DNA from: a virus
Reading direction: 5' to 3' (one strand)
DNA: 40,645 bases
Virus record (IMG/VR): IMGVR_UViG_3300045988_117988
Under the pieces are notes generated by a model. That model was not told where the DNA came from. It worked only from the letters and a program-made list of their open reading frames with translations, and made no database searches. The position numbers were made by a program, and so were the translations under genes. This document shows positions 1-9,195 of this stretch, one piece after another (positions within the stretch are counted from its first letter, which is position 1; every line of letters starts with the position of its first letter).

Positions 1-119
1 ACCATTTCACCTTCGGCACAGAGATAGAGAGCAAAGAAACGAACTACATGATACTGCTTGAAGCGTGGGTTCGTACATACGATGCGGAAAACCATAAATA
101 CGCCGTCCATATGCTGAAG
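1..119. repeat. Terminal overlap copy 1 (identical to 40527-40645)
   Basis: 119/119 nt identical when read by eye. This is either the assembly overlap of a circular or circularly permuted molecule, or true terminal redundancy. Confidence 0.95.
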
Positions 120-1139
120 ATAGCGGGCGGACAACTGCTTGAAAACAGTTATACGGAAAAGCCCGAGGGATATTTCATGCACGGCATGTATCCCTTTGTG
201 TGTACGCCTCTGTATAAAATCAAGGGTTCGCCCTTCGGCTACGGCATTGTAGACATGTTCAAGAACCCGCAGCAGTATTCAGACAAAATAAACCAGATAC
301 TTTTAAAGAATGCCCTGACGGCGGGAACCAACAGGATACTTGTTCAAAAAGGTTCCGCAGACCTTGACGAGATACGCGACTTCTCAAAACAGATAATCGA
401 AGTTTCAAACATCAGCGGTATAACGTGGTTTCAGGACAGGCCATTACCCGCATTCCTGATGAACTACATGATAAACATGCAGAACGGCATAAAGGAAGAA
501 GCCGGAAGCAACGATTTTTCGCGAGGGAACACGACAGGCGGCGTTACTGCCGCGTCGGCTATTACCGCACTTATGGACGCGTCATCAAAGCGTTCACGGA
601 AAGAAGCGCAGATAATCCACAACGGGTTTGCGCAGGCTGTGCGGATGGAACTTGAGGTAGAGCGTGAATTTGAAACGGAAGTGCGGACTGTCGAGATAAC
701 CGTCATGGGCGAAAAACAGAGCATTTCCGTTCAGGAAGGATTCTTCAAAGACATACAGAACGGCTATGACAAGTTGCCCGTTGAGTTCCGTGTGAGCATC
801 AAACCGGCAAGAGAGAGCCGTTTCACCAAACTCAGCAACAACGAACTGATACTCCAGATAATGACCATGTATCAGGGCAGGACGATAAACCCCGCTATCC
901 TCATGGAAGCCATGGACTTCGAGGGTAAGGATATTGTTCTTGAAAAGCTCAAAGCCTCACAGCAGCAGAGCATAGAAGCCTTGCAGGGGCAGCTTGCCGA
1001 AGCGCAGGGGCAGAATCAGATGCTTGCAGAGGAGAACGCCTCAATGAACAACGCCGTCAATGAAATGCAAATGTCCATGGGCGGAGGGCAACCCCAGGCA
1101 CCGCTCAATATGCAAGACGTAAGGGCAGATACCTTTTAA
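1..1139 (+). CDS. Portal protein, C-terminal part (wrapped continuation of 39881-40645)
   Basis: ORF track 48-1139 is open to position 3 in the same frame. It has a Gln/Ala-rich C-terminal tail and is immediately followed by the scaffold and capsid genes. Confidence 0.8.
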   Translation, partial: HFTFGTEIESKETNYMILLEAWVRTYDAENHKYAVHMLKIAGGQLLENSYTEKPEGYFMHGMYPFVCTPLYKIKGSPFGYGIVDMFKNPQQYSDKINQILLKNALTAGTNRILVQKGSADLDEIRDFSKQIIEVSNISGITWFQDRPLPAFLMNYMINMQNGIKEEAGSNDFSRGNTTGGVTAASAITALMDASSKRSRKEAQIIHNGFAQAVRMELEVEREFETEVRTVEITVMGEKQSISVQEGFFKDIQNGYDKLPVEFRVSIKPARESRFTKLSNNELILQIMTMYQGRTINPAILMEAMDFEGKDIVLEKLKASQQQSIEALQGQLAEAQGQNQMLAEENASMNNAVNEMQMSMGGGQPQAPLNMQDVRADTF

Positions 1140-1308
1140 CACGCAAATAAAAACTCGGGGCTGTATGGATGTGTCAGGGTAGTACAGCGTGACCGCCTGG
1201 CGGGAAGCGGTATTTGAGTTGGATATTCCGGCTCTTTTTTTTGTTTCAAATTGGCGTCGCCGGCCATAAAGGGCGCGTGCCGAAGCAAAAGGCACCAGGG
1301 AGAAAACC

Positions 1309-2157
1309 ATGTACGAAGAAATCACGGGCGTAAATGAAGCCGCCGTCGAGGAAACGCCTATTCAGGCCGCCGCTGAACAGGACGACGATGTAGTTACCGT
1401 TGCCGATCTCATGGACGATGAGCCGGAAGATCAGGCAGAGGCTCAGGAGGAACAGGGCGAACAGCAGCAGGAGGAGGACGCTCCCGAAGCTCAAAATGGT
1501 GCCGCCGACCAGCCTGAGCCAGAACCCCGACACAACAATGCCAGAGAGCGCGAGAGCAATGCTTTCGCCAAGAGACTGGCCGCTGAAAAGCGCAAGATGG
1601 AGACTGACCCGGTGTACAAGCTGGGCCGTGAGCTTGCCGCCCGTTATGGCGGTGATGTTGCTAAGGCAATGACCGAAATGCGCAAACAGCAGGCACAGGA
1701 GCTTGCTCAAGACCCCGTGAAGCTGGCTGAGTACATGCTTAACCAGCGTGACAACGTTGTGCCGGAACATGAACAGGAGGAAACAGCGGGCGCTTTGTAT
1801 GAGACCGACCAGCAGAAGGCCAATCGTATTGTTGCTGACCTTCGCAATGTGCTGGGCGACGGCGCAGATTTGCGCTCATACATAGAAGCTGATCCGGATT
1901 TTATGCAGAACTGTGACGAATTCGGAGCGGCGGCAGCCGTCAAGATGGCCAATAGGGCCCGTGCCGCAGCCGCAAAGAACCAGACCATTGCGAACAAGCT
2001 TGCGAAGAACCGCAGCCTGCCGCAGCCTATACGCCCCTCCAACAACGCGCAGACAAAAGCCCCCGACTTTTCGCAGATGTCCGACAAAGACTTTGCGGCA
2101 TTCGAGGCAAAAATCAAGAAAGCGCAGATGGACGGGAAAAAAGTAAGACTTGAATGA
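1309..2157 (+). CDS. Scaffolding protein
   Basis: 282 aa with a very acidic N-terminus (DDDVVTVADLMDDEPEDQAEAQEEQGEQQQEED) and an Ala/Lys/Gln-rich helical remainder. It lies between the portal and major capsid genes. Confidence 0.7.
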   Translation: MYEEITGVNEAAVEETPIQAAAEQDDDVVTVADLMDDEPEDQAEAQEEQGEQQQEEDAPEAQNGAADQPEPEPRHNNARERESNAFAKRLAAEKRKMETDPVYKLGRELAARYGGDVAKAMTEMRKQQAQELAQDPVKLAEYMLNQRDNVVPEHEQEETAGALYETDQQKANRIVADLRNVLGDGADLRSYIEADPDFMQNCDEFGAAAAVKMANRARAAAAKNQTIANKLAKNRSLPQPIRPSNNAQTKAPDFSQMSDKDFAAFEAKIKKAQMDGKKVRLE

Positions 2158-2175
2158 TAAGGAGATTTTAAGATT

Positions 2176-3129
2176 ATGGCAACCATGGTAACTACCACCT
2201 CTGGCCTTTCCCCCACTATGCAGTCCTATTACGACAGGAAGATGCTCGAATGGGCTAAGACGCAGTTTGTATATGCGAACTATGCCCAGAAGCGCAGCAT
2301 TCCCAAGAACAACGGCAAGACCGTTCAGTTCCGTCGTTGGACTTTGTTCACTCCCAGCGCCACCACTCAGGCACTGACCGAAGGCACCACTCCTACCGCA
2401 CAGAACCTTGCAATGACCGCCATCACCGCGACCGTAAAGCAGTACGGCGCATATGTCGAGGTGTCTGATCTTCTCGACCTGACCGCGATAGACAACGTAA
2501 TTTCCGATTCCTCAGAGCTTCTGGGTGAACAGCTCGGCAACGTGGCGGATATGATTGTCCGTGACGCTATGGCGACTACCACCAACGTACAGTACGCCGG
2601 AAGCAAGACCAGCGACAATGACATAACCGCCGCCGTAAAACTGACCGTTGACGAGATACGCAAGGCGGTTCGCACCCTAAAGAAGGCCAAGGCGCGCAAG
2701 TTCACCCGCAAGGGCGGCAGACCTCATTATGTCTGCATCGTTGACCCCGATTCCGTCTATGACCTCCAGAGCGATTCCCTCTGGCAGGACGTATCCAAGT
2801 ACAGCAACGCAGAACAGATATATGACGGTGAACTGGGCAAGCTGTTCGGCGTGGTATTCGTTGAAACCACCAACGGTTATGTAAAGAACAACACCGCTAC
2901 CACCGCCTACGGCGTACACCAGACCTTTGTATTCGGCGCTGATGCCTATGGCACCGTCGATGTATCCGGGCAGGGCGCAATCAAGGCTATCGTAAAGCCC
3001 CACGGTTCCGCCGGTACTGCTGACCCCCTCGACCAGAGGGCAACTGTCGGCGCGAAAATCACGGCCTTTACCGCCTGTGTCCTCAATGACGACTGGCTTG
3101 TATCTATCCATCACGGCGTAAGCGCGTAA
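2176..3129 (+). CDS. Major capsid protein (HK97-fold type)
   Basis: 317 aa directly after the scaffold gene, with an N-terminal SYYDRK...NGKTVQFRRW pattern typical of phage major capsid families. A strong intrinsic terminator follows. Confidence 0.8.
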   Translation: MATMVTTTSGLSPTMQSYYDRKMLEWAKTQFVYANYAQKRSIPKNNGKTVQFRRWTLFTPSATTQALTEGTTPTAQNLAMTAITATVKQYGAYVEVSDLLDLTAIDNVISDSSELLGEQLGNVADMIVRDAMATTTNVQYAGSKTSDNDITAAVKLTVDEIRKAVRTLKKAKARKFTRKGGRPHYVCIVDPDSVYDLQSDSLWQDVSKYSNAEQIYDGELGKLFGVVFVETTNGYVKNNTATTAYGVHQTFVFGADAYGTVDVSGQGAIKAIVKPHGSAGTADPLDQRATVGAKITAFTACVLNDDWLVSIHHGVSA

Positions 3130-3143
3130 ACCAAAACCAGACC

Positions 3144-3177
3144 GGGGGGTGTATCTGTTGCACCCCCTTATTTTTTT
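3144..3177 (+). terminator. Intrinsic terminator after the capsid gene
   Basis: Stem GGGGGTG (3145-3151) pairs with CACCCCC (3161-3167), with a 9-nt loop, followed by TTATTTTTTT. Confidence 0.8.
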
Positions 3178-3194
3178 GAAGGAGAATTATAATT

Positions 3195-3482
3195 ATGGCA
3201 ATCGTAAAGAAAGACAAAAGCATGAAAGAAATACTGGACGAGCAGCCCAAAGTCCCTTACACTATCCCATTTAACGACGCTGACGACATACATATGACCG
3301 CCGTGACCATAAACGGCTACCGGTACGAGATAATACACGGCGAAAAAGTCATGATACCCGAGTCCATAGCGGAAATACTGAACAACAGCAATGAGGGTCT
3401 GCGCAGGATAAATCAGGAATACCATGACATGACCATTGGCGGCGGCAGGAACATCACCGGCATGACAGCCGACAAGGAGTAA
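3195..3482 (+). CDS. Hypothetical 95-aa protein between capsid and TerL
   Basis: GAAGGAG precedes the ATG and the gene is tightly packed in the late operon. No motif was recognised. Confidence 0.6.
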   Translation: MAIVKKDKSMKEILDEQPKVPYTIPFNDADDIHMTAVTINGYRYEIIHGEKVMIPESIAEILNNSNEGLRRINQEYHDMTIGGGRNITGMTADKE

Positions 3483-3488
3483 AGCACC

Positions 3489-4862
3489 ATGGCGGCGGCA
3501 GATAAAAAGTCGCTGACGCTGGAAGGAACACCAAATCCCAAGCAAGCCGAATTTTTCAAGAGCCGGGCAAGGCACACCTGTTATGGCGGCGCGAGAGGCG
3601 GCGGCAAGAGCTGGGCTATGCGGCGGAAGGCTGTGCTGCTTGCCCTCAATTATCCCGATCTGAATATTCTTATACTGCGCCGAACACTTCCCGAATTGAG
3701 GGTAAACATTGTTGAGCCCCTTATGAAGGAGCTGTACGGCTTTGCGGAATACAACGTTACAGAGCGAGTATTTCGCTTCCCCAATGGCTCTAAAATTCGA
3801 ATGGGCTTTTGCGACAGCGAGGCCGATGTATACCAGTACCAAGGCCATGAATACGACGTGATATGTCTGGAAGAAGCGACACACTTCACGGAAACGCAGA
3901 TGCAGTTTTTGACTACCTGTAACCGTAGCGTCCGCACAGACTTTACGCCGAGAATGTACTATACGTGCAACCCTGGCGGCGTAGGCCACGCATGGGTAAA
4001 ACGATTGTTTATCGACCGCGAATATCGTTCCGGCGAAAAGCCCGAAAACTATGCATTCATTCCGGCGAAGGTTTACGACAACGTAGCCCTTATGGATTCT
4101 GACCCTGATTATGTCCATACGTTGGAAGCCCTTCCCGAGGATCAGCGCCGCGCCTACCTTGACGGCGATTGGGACGTAGTAGAAGGGCAGTTTTTCAAGG
4201 AGTGGCGCAAGGAAAAGCACGTTATCGAGCCATTTAATATCCCGTCACATTGGCGCTGTTTCCGTTCAATGGACTGGGGTTATAACGACCCGTGCTGTGT
4301 TTTGTGGCTTGCCGTATCCCCCGACAGGCGCATATTCGTTTTTGACGAGTATTACCAAGACCAGCGGCTTGTGAACGATGTGGCACACACCATTCGCGAA
4401 AAGACCGGCACACGCAAAATTGATTACACTGTAGGTTCCCCTGATATGTGGCAACACAGGGGAATGACGAATATGACAAGGAAAGGTTTCTCCGGCGAAA
4501 GCATAGCTGAAAGCCTGATCCTGTCCGGCGTACCCGTAATGCCCGCCGACAACTCCCGCATGGTAGGCTGGCAGCGCGTCCGTGAGTTTCTTGGAGACGC
4601 ACCAGACGGCAAGCCGTGGCTGCAAGTGTTTTCAAACTGCCGCAATCTCATTAAGTATATGCCGCAAATGCAGTATGACCCCAACGACCATGAGGACGCT
4701 TTGGACGGCGACGACCACGCTCCAGAAGCTTTGCGCTATGGGCTTATGTCACGCCCCTCCCCTGCCTCCATACAGCGGGAACGGCAACGCAAGATCATAG
4801 ACCTGACAGACCCGTTTGTTGAACTGCCGCGCCGTAAAGCAAGCGGTTTTTTGAGTTTATAA
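3489..4862 (+). CDS. terL: Terminase large subunit
   Basis: Walker A GGARGGGKS and Walker B-like YDVICLEEA. C-terminal RNaseH-like nuclease motifs SMDWGYNDP and DDHAPEALRY. Confidence 0.9.
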   Translation: MAAADKKSLTLEGTPNPKQAEFFKSRARHTCYGGARGGGKSWAMRRKAVLLALNYPDLNILILRRTLPELRVNIVEPLMKELYGFAEYNVTERVFRFPNGSKIRMGFCDSEADVYQYQGHEYDVICLEEATHFTETQMQFLTTCNRSVRTDFTPRMYYTCNPGGVGHAWVKRLFIDREYRSGEKPENYAFIPAKVYDNVALMDSDPDYVHTLEALPEDQRRAYLDGDWDVVEGQFFKEWRKEKHVIEPFNIPSHWRCFRSMDWGYNDPCCVLWLAVSPDRRIFVFDEYYQDQRLVNDVAHTIREKTGTRKIDYTVGSPDMWQHRGMTNMTRKGFSGESIAESLILSGVPVMPADNSRMVGWQRVREFLGDAPDGKPWLQVFSNCRNLIKYMPQMQYDPNDHEDALDGDDHAPEALRYGLMSRPSPASIQRERQRKIIDLTDPFVELPRRKASGFLSL

Positions 4863-4873
4863 GGAGAATACAC

Positions 4874-5428
4874 ATGACCCTCAACGATATTATATACGCT
4901 GCTCTAAGGCAGCTTGAACGCGGCACAGACGCGCAGACCGTTGACAAATTCCGCCGCGTGTTCACCGATTATGCAAACAGCGGGCAGCGTCGCCTTGCCA
5001 ATCGCTTCAAAGTAACGCGGCTTGAAACCATTACGCTGGATGACAAAGGCCGGTTCAATGTGGATTCGCTGGAACGCTCTTGTGTGCTGATAGAGAAAAT
5101 AACTGACGGAAACGGTGCTGTGATGTCATGGGACGAGATAGTGACCGGGCTTATCGAAGTGACCAACGGCGCGAATGCCGATGTCAATGTGTACTATCGA
5201 TATATGCCCCGTGAGATGTCCTCCCCAACCGATGTTCCGGAGCTTCCCTCTTATATGCACAGCGCTATCCCCTATTATGTTGTTGGCTGTCAGCGCTGCG
5301 GTTCAGATGCAGATACACAGGCCACGGCAGGAGCGCACTTCGACTTGTTCAATCGCGAGGTGTCCGACATATATTCCCAGCACTACGCATCTAAGGACGC
5401 ATATACCTTAAAAAACATGGGGTGGTAA
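4874..5428 (+). CDS. Virion protein, possible head-tail adaptor
   Basis: 184 aa with AAGGAG before the ATG, positioned between TerL and a large structural gene. The adaptor assignment rests on position and size only. Confidence 0.5.
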   Translation: MTLNDIIYAALRQLERGTDAQTVDKFRRVFTDYANSGQRRLANRFKVTRLETITLDDKGRFNVDSLERSCVLIEKITDGNGAVMSWDEIVTGLIEVTNGANADVNVYYRYMPREMSSPTDVPELPSYMHSAIPYYVVGCQRCGSDADTQATAGAHFDLFNREVSDIYSQHYASKDAYTLKNMGW

Positions 5429-5429
5429 C

Positions 5430-7094
5430 ATGGCTGATATTTATAACATAGGCGAGTTTTTAGGCATAGCCCAGCACCGGGACGGCTCCCTGCTGAATAC
5501 GGGAACGGCTATCGATGCCCGCAACATGGACACGTCCGATGGCAATCTCTCTGTGGCCAAGGGGTATGTGCGTAAATCCGGCAATGCCATTCCTTCTTCT
5601 GCTGGGCAGATACTGCGTATAATCCCTGTGGACGAGAGCAACATACTTGCCGTTACCCAGAACAGCATATACCACGGCACATACGACACATGGAACCTCA
5701 CTCCCATATACACCTTTGAAACAACCCTGCCTGTAACCTGCCAAATTGGCTATGCACTGGGCAAGATCAATACCACGAATGTTGTCGTCATAGGCACTGG
5801 CAAAACGCAGCTTATCAAGGTCAACATGGGAGATACCGTCACCGCAGAGATATTTGGTTCCGGCCTGTACATCTTTGAAACTACCGTTTCTGCATACGAT
5901 TCAGCCACAAAAATAGTTACTCTTGCCGATGCAATGTCGCAGGACATTCAGCAAAAGTTCGTCGTGGAAAAAGGAGTGTATATCGATGGCAGGTTCCGCG
6001 AGGCGGAGGTCACAACGGCCACCACAATAACGCTTAAAGCCTCCCCCGCTATAGCCCCGGCAGTCGGCAATACGGTAAAGCTCCGTGGTGGTGCTTCTGA
6101 CGCGCACTGTAATTTCGTATGTATGCACAACGGCCGCCTGTTTGCTGCCGGCGACCCCGACGCGCCTAACCGCCTTTACTGGTCAACAATACCGGGTGAT
6201 GGCAGGACTATTGAACACTGGCTTGCTATTGAATCCTCCGTTGATTTATCCGGCGGATATGTGGAAGTTGGAGATACAACCGCAGACCCCATAATCGGCA
6301 TATGCGAGCTGTCAACACAGATACTCATATTCAAGCGGTACAGCATATATCGCTTGTACGGCGACAGGCCCAGCTATTACACCGTGGAGCGTGTAGAGAA
6401 GTTTACCGAGAACATGAGCAATGCGGGAGTAGCCGTCAAGACCGATATACCGTACTGGCTCACCAAGAGCGGTATTAAGCTGTTTAACGGCGCGGATATG
6501 CAATTGCTCGATGGCGGTCAAAACTACCTTTGCAGCTTCATTGATACCATTAAAACGGTATCACAGAGCAAGGCGTTCACAGCTAATGGCAAACTGTACT
6601 TTACTTGCCGCGTTGGCAGCACCGGAACATATGACGATTCCGTTATAGTGTATGATACCGTCAATGGCACTTATATGGTGCGGGACGGCTTCAAGATAGC
6701 TGACATGTGCGCTTTTGAAAATACTATCTATCTCATAAACGATACGGGCTATCTGTACGAATTTGATAAAGGCGAAAAGTACGACGGGCAAGCTATATCG
6801 GCATATTGGCAGACGCAGCCAACAGACCTAACGCTGAAGTACGTCAACAAACAGTTAAAGGAAGTGTATTTCCGAGCTGGCAACGTAGGTTCTGTAATAA
6901 TTCTTGAAACATTTAACGGCAATTCCCGCAACAGGGAACGCCGCGTGATTCAGAACGACGATATGATTGATTTGCCCATGAATAACCAGCCCTGCCGCCG
7001 GTTCAGCATTAAGCTATCCAACGAAGCGGGCAGCCATTTTACCATATACGGCGGTATTCAAATCCAATATGAAGGGAAGATGCGTCCGGTATGA
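5430..7094 (+). CDS. Large virion structural protein, possible tail tube/nozzle (beta-propeller-like repeats)
   Basis: 554 aa with recurrent strand-rich segments (IYHGTYDTW, LFAAGDPDAPNRLYWS, IYRLYG, VIVYDTVNGTYMV, GYLYEFD). Its start abuts the upstream stop codon. Confidence 0.5.
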   Translation: MADIYNIGEFLGIAQHRDGSLLNTGTAIDARNMDTSDGNLSVAKGYVRKSGNAIPSSAGQILRIIPVDESNILAVTQNSIYHGTYDTWNLTPIYTFETTLPVTCQIGYALGKINTTNVVVIGTGKTQLIKVNMGDTVTAEIFGSGLYIFETTVSAYDSATKIVTLADAMSQDIQQKFVVEKGVYIDGRFREAEVTTATTITLKASPAIAPAVGNTVKLRGGASDAHCNFVCMHNGRLFAAGDPDAPNRLYWSTIPGDGRTIEHWLAIESSVDLSGGYVEVGDTTADPIIGICELSTQILIFKRYSIYRLYGDRPSYYTVERVEKFTENMSNAGVAVKTDIPYWLTKSGIKLFNGADMQLLDGGQNYLCSFIDTIKTVSQSKAFTANGKLYFTCRVGSTGTYDDSVIVYDTVNGTYMVRDGFKIADMCAFENTIYLINDTGYLYEFDKGEKYDGQAISAYWQTQPTDLTLKYVNKQLKEVYFRAGNVGSVIILETFNGNSRNRERRVIQNDDMIDLPMNNQPCRRFSIKLSNEAGSHFTIYGGIQIQYEGKMRPV

Positions 7095-7336
7095 TGCAAA
7101 GAGGATTACAGATCATTAAACTACCCTCCCCAAAGAATCTGAGCATTGAGGAAAAGACCGTGTACGACAAGCAGTCCGAATGGATAAACCAGAATTTTAA
7201 GACGATATTTGATGGCGTTGACGAGCTGAAAACAGCAGTCACGAGCCAAGAACAACTTAATGCCACGCTTGCACAGGTTCAGGAATCTCTCACCGAGATA
7301 AACAAGAAGCTGGATGAGCTGAACGGAGGCAGTTAA
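7091..7336 (+). CDS. Small coiled-coil virion or assembly protein
   Basis: 81 aa. ATGA overlap with the upstream gene and TAATG overlap with the fibre gene. The C-terminal half is heptad-like. Confidence 0.6.
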   Translation: MMQRGLQIIKLPSPKNLSIEEKTVYDKQSEWINQNFKTIFDGVDELKTAVTSQEQLNATLAQVQESLTEINKKLDELNGGS

Positions 7337-8793
7337 TGGAAACGATATACAAGACATTTGACGTAGCGTTGGAGTTAAAACAGACATCTACCAACGCCCC
7401 CTTTTATGTCATTGAGGGCGACAACGGCAACAAGATAAGGATTACCGTCACGGACGGCGGTTCTGCCGTTGCCCTGACTGACTGCCGTGTTATCGCCGTG
7501 TTCTCAAAGTCCAGCGGTACGTCCATGCAGGACAGCGCCGAGGCTGGCGGCGGCGTGACTATTGGCGGCACATATAACAATGAAGTGACCGTTGCTCTTC
7601 GCCCCGCCTCCATTGCCCCCGGACAGGTGGAATGCGAGTTGCAGATTTATTCTGACGAGAACAAGACAACCCTTATAACCACGGCAAAATTCAACTTTGA
7701 GTGTCAGCGGGCTATTTTTAACGAAAATACCGCCATGGCTACAAACGAATATCCTCTGCTTGTGTCCCTGATTTCAGTGTGCAACGGCATAGTTGCGGCG
7801 GAAGAACTGCGTGTTACTGCCGAGGCTTCCCGTGTCTCTGCCGAGGGCGAAAGGGCAGCAGCCGAGGCGGCGCGAGAAACAGCCGAGGGCGAAAGGGTTG
7901 AAGCGGAAGAAGCGCGGGAAGCTGCTGAAACCGCAAGGGTATCCGCTGAATCATCCCGTGTTGTGGCTGAACAAGGCCGGGAAACCGCCGAGCAGAGCCG
8001 CGTTACCGCCGAGACTGCGAGAGCCAGTGCCGAGACAGCGCGAGAGACGGCCGAGAGTGAAAGAGAAACCGCAGAGACAGCGCGGACTTCCGCAGAGACT
8101 TCCCGCGTAACGGCTGAGCAAGGGCGTGTCAGTGCTGAAAATACCCGCGTATCACAGGAGCAGGAACGGCAAGCGGAGATACTGAAAATTGCTGGCATGA
8201 CGGTTGAAGTTACCACGCTTGCGGCTGGCACACAAGCCACGGCTGAATTGGTAGAATCCGGCGATCACAAAGTCTTAAAGCTGGGCATACCGAAAGGGCA
8301 GGACGGTTCCGGCACGGGCGATATGTCAAAGTCCACCTATGACAAGGACAATGACGGCGTTGTAGACAAAGCTGACGACGCCGATAAACTTGGCGGCAAA
8401 GCTGCGAGCGAATATCAGCCCGCCGGGACTTACGCCACCCCGGACAATGTTTCCGCCGCCGTATCGTCACATAACGGCGCAGGCAACGCACATTCCACGC
8501 TGTTCACCAAAAAGCAGAATGTGCCCGCCTCCGCTTCCTCCCTCCCCGCCAGCGGCACGGCACTGACGGCAAACACCATATACAACGTATCCTCTCCTGT
8601 GGGTACATACGTGTTTACCCCGCCCGCATCCGGCTGGGCGCACGGCACATTCAGCACGGCGGCCTCGGTTGCAGTGTCGTTTGTGAGCGGGGCGAACTAT
8701 TTAGGCGAGGCCCCGGCAATAGAGGCAAGCAAGACCTATGAATTTGACGTATACAATGGCGTGTGGGCGGTGCAGGAGGTTGTGAGCGCATGA
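7336..8793 (+). CDS. Tail fibre / receptor-binding protein with an N-terminal BppU-like Ig domain
   Basis: N-terminus FYVIEGDNGNKIRITVTDGG... is followed by about 19 AExxRxx heptads. A DKDNDGVVDKADDADKLGGKAASEY segment typical of fibre shafts and a C-terminal globular part follow. Confidence 0.8.
   Translation: METIYKTFDVALELKQTSTNAPFYVIEGDNGNKIRITVTDGGSAVALTDCRVIAVFSKSSGTSMQDSAEAGGGVTIGGTYNNEVTVALRPASIAPGQVECELQIYSDENKTTLITTAKFNFECQRAIFNENTAMATNEYPLLVSLISVCNGIVAAEELRVTAEASRVSAEGERAAAEAARETAEGERVEAEEAREAAETARVSAESSRVVAEQGRETAEQSRVTAETARASAETARETAESERETAETARTSAETSRVTAEQGRVSAENTRVSQEQERQAEILKIAGMTVEVTTLAAGTQATAELVESGDHKVLKLGIPKGQDGSGTGDMSKSTYDKDNDGVVDKADDADKLGGKAASEYQPAGTYATPDNVSAAVSSHNGAGNAHSTLFTKKQNVPASASSLPASGTALTANTIYNVSSPVGTYVFTPPASGWAHGTFSTAASVAVSFVSGANYLGEAPAIEASKTYEFDVYNGVWAVQEVVSA
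7798..8199 (+). repeat. About 19 tandem 21-bp (heptad AExxRxx) repeats inside the fibre gene
   Basis: Protein reads AEELRVT AEASRVS AEGERAA AEAARET AEGERVE AEEAREA AETARVS AESSRVV AEQGRET AEQSRVT AETARAS AETARET AESERET AETARTS AETSRVT AEQGRVS AENTRVS ... Confidence 0.85.
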
Positions 8794-9119
8794 TAGCTAT
8801 GCTACGAAGGAGGCTGATGAGCAACATGGCAAAGGCAAAAAATATAGCAACTGGAACGGTAAATGCAAGCGGTGCAACGCTAACAATTAGCGGATTGGAT
8901 TTTCAACCTAATCATGTTGTTTTGCATTTCATGGTGAATACAGAAGGCAAATACACACTACTTTCCCTTTATGACAATCATGTATTTGGGTTGGAAGGAA
9001 CAGAATTAAGCACACCTCGATGTTCGCTAACGTTTAAAAATGATGGAGTGGTGTGCTCAGTAAGTGATAGTTATTCGGATTTTCAAGGCACTTACCGCTA
9101 TGTAGCATGGCAAGAATAA
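8790..9119 (+). CDS. Tail-fibre-associated cassette protein 1 (AT-rich)
   Basis: ATG at 8790 overlaps the fibre stop codon (ATGA). 109 aa starting MIAMLRRRLMSN. The base composition is visibly more AT-rich than the flanks. Confidence 0.65.
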   Translation: MIAMLRRRLMSNMAKAKNIATGTVNASGATLTISGLDFQPNHVVLHFMVNTEGKYTLLSLYDNHVFGLEGTELSTPRCSLTFKNDGVVCSVSDSYSDFQGTYRYVAWQE

Positions 9120-9132
9120 AAAGGAGTACACT

Positions 9133-9195
9133 ATGAAAATAATTCTATCGGGGGGGGGCAGCCTCCGTAAAATAAAAAGCGCCTGTGCGCTATGA
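9133..9195 (+). CDS. 20-codon leader ORF (MKIILSGGGSLRKIKSACAL) containing a G9 run
   Basis: A perfect AAGGAG lies 6 nt before the ATG at 9133. Its stop TGA (9193-9195) overlaps the ATG (9192) of the next gene, which has no SD of its own. Confidence 0.45.
   Translation: MKIILSGGGSLRKIKSACAL
9150..9158 (+). repeat. Homopolymeric G9 tract
   Basis: tcGGGGGGGGGcagc, read directly from the sequence. Confidence 0.95.

Noticed and set aside
1140-1308. 170-bp intergenic region between portal and scaffold, with a T8 run and weak hairpins (ACCGC-N10-GCGGT at 1191-1211)
   Set aside because: No convincing promoter hexamers or terminator stem adjoin the T-run, so I cannot support a specific call.
3168-4220. 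350-aa minus-strand ORF
   Set aside because: It lies entirely antisense to the well-supported TerL gene. It has no RBS and odd composition, so it is a shadow ORF of a GC-rich coding region.
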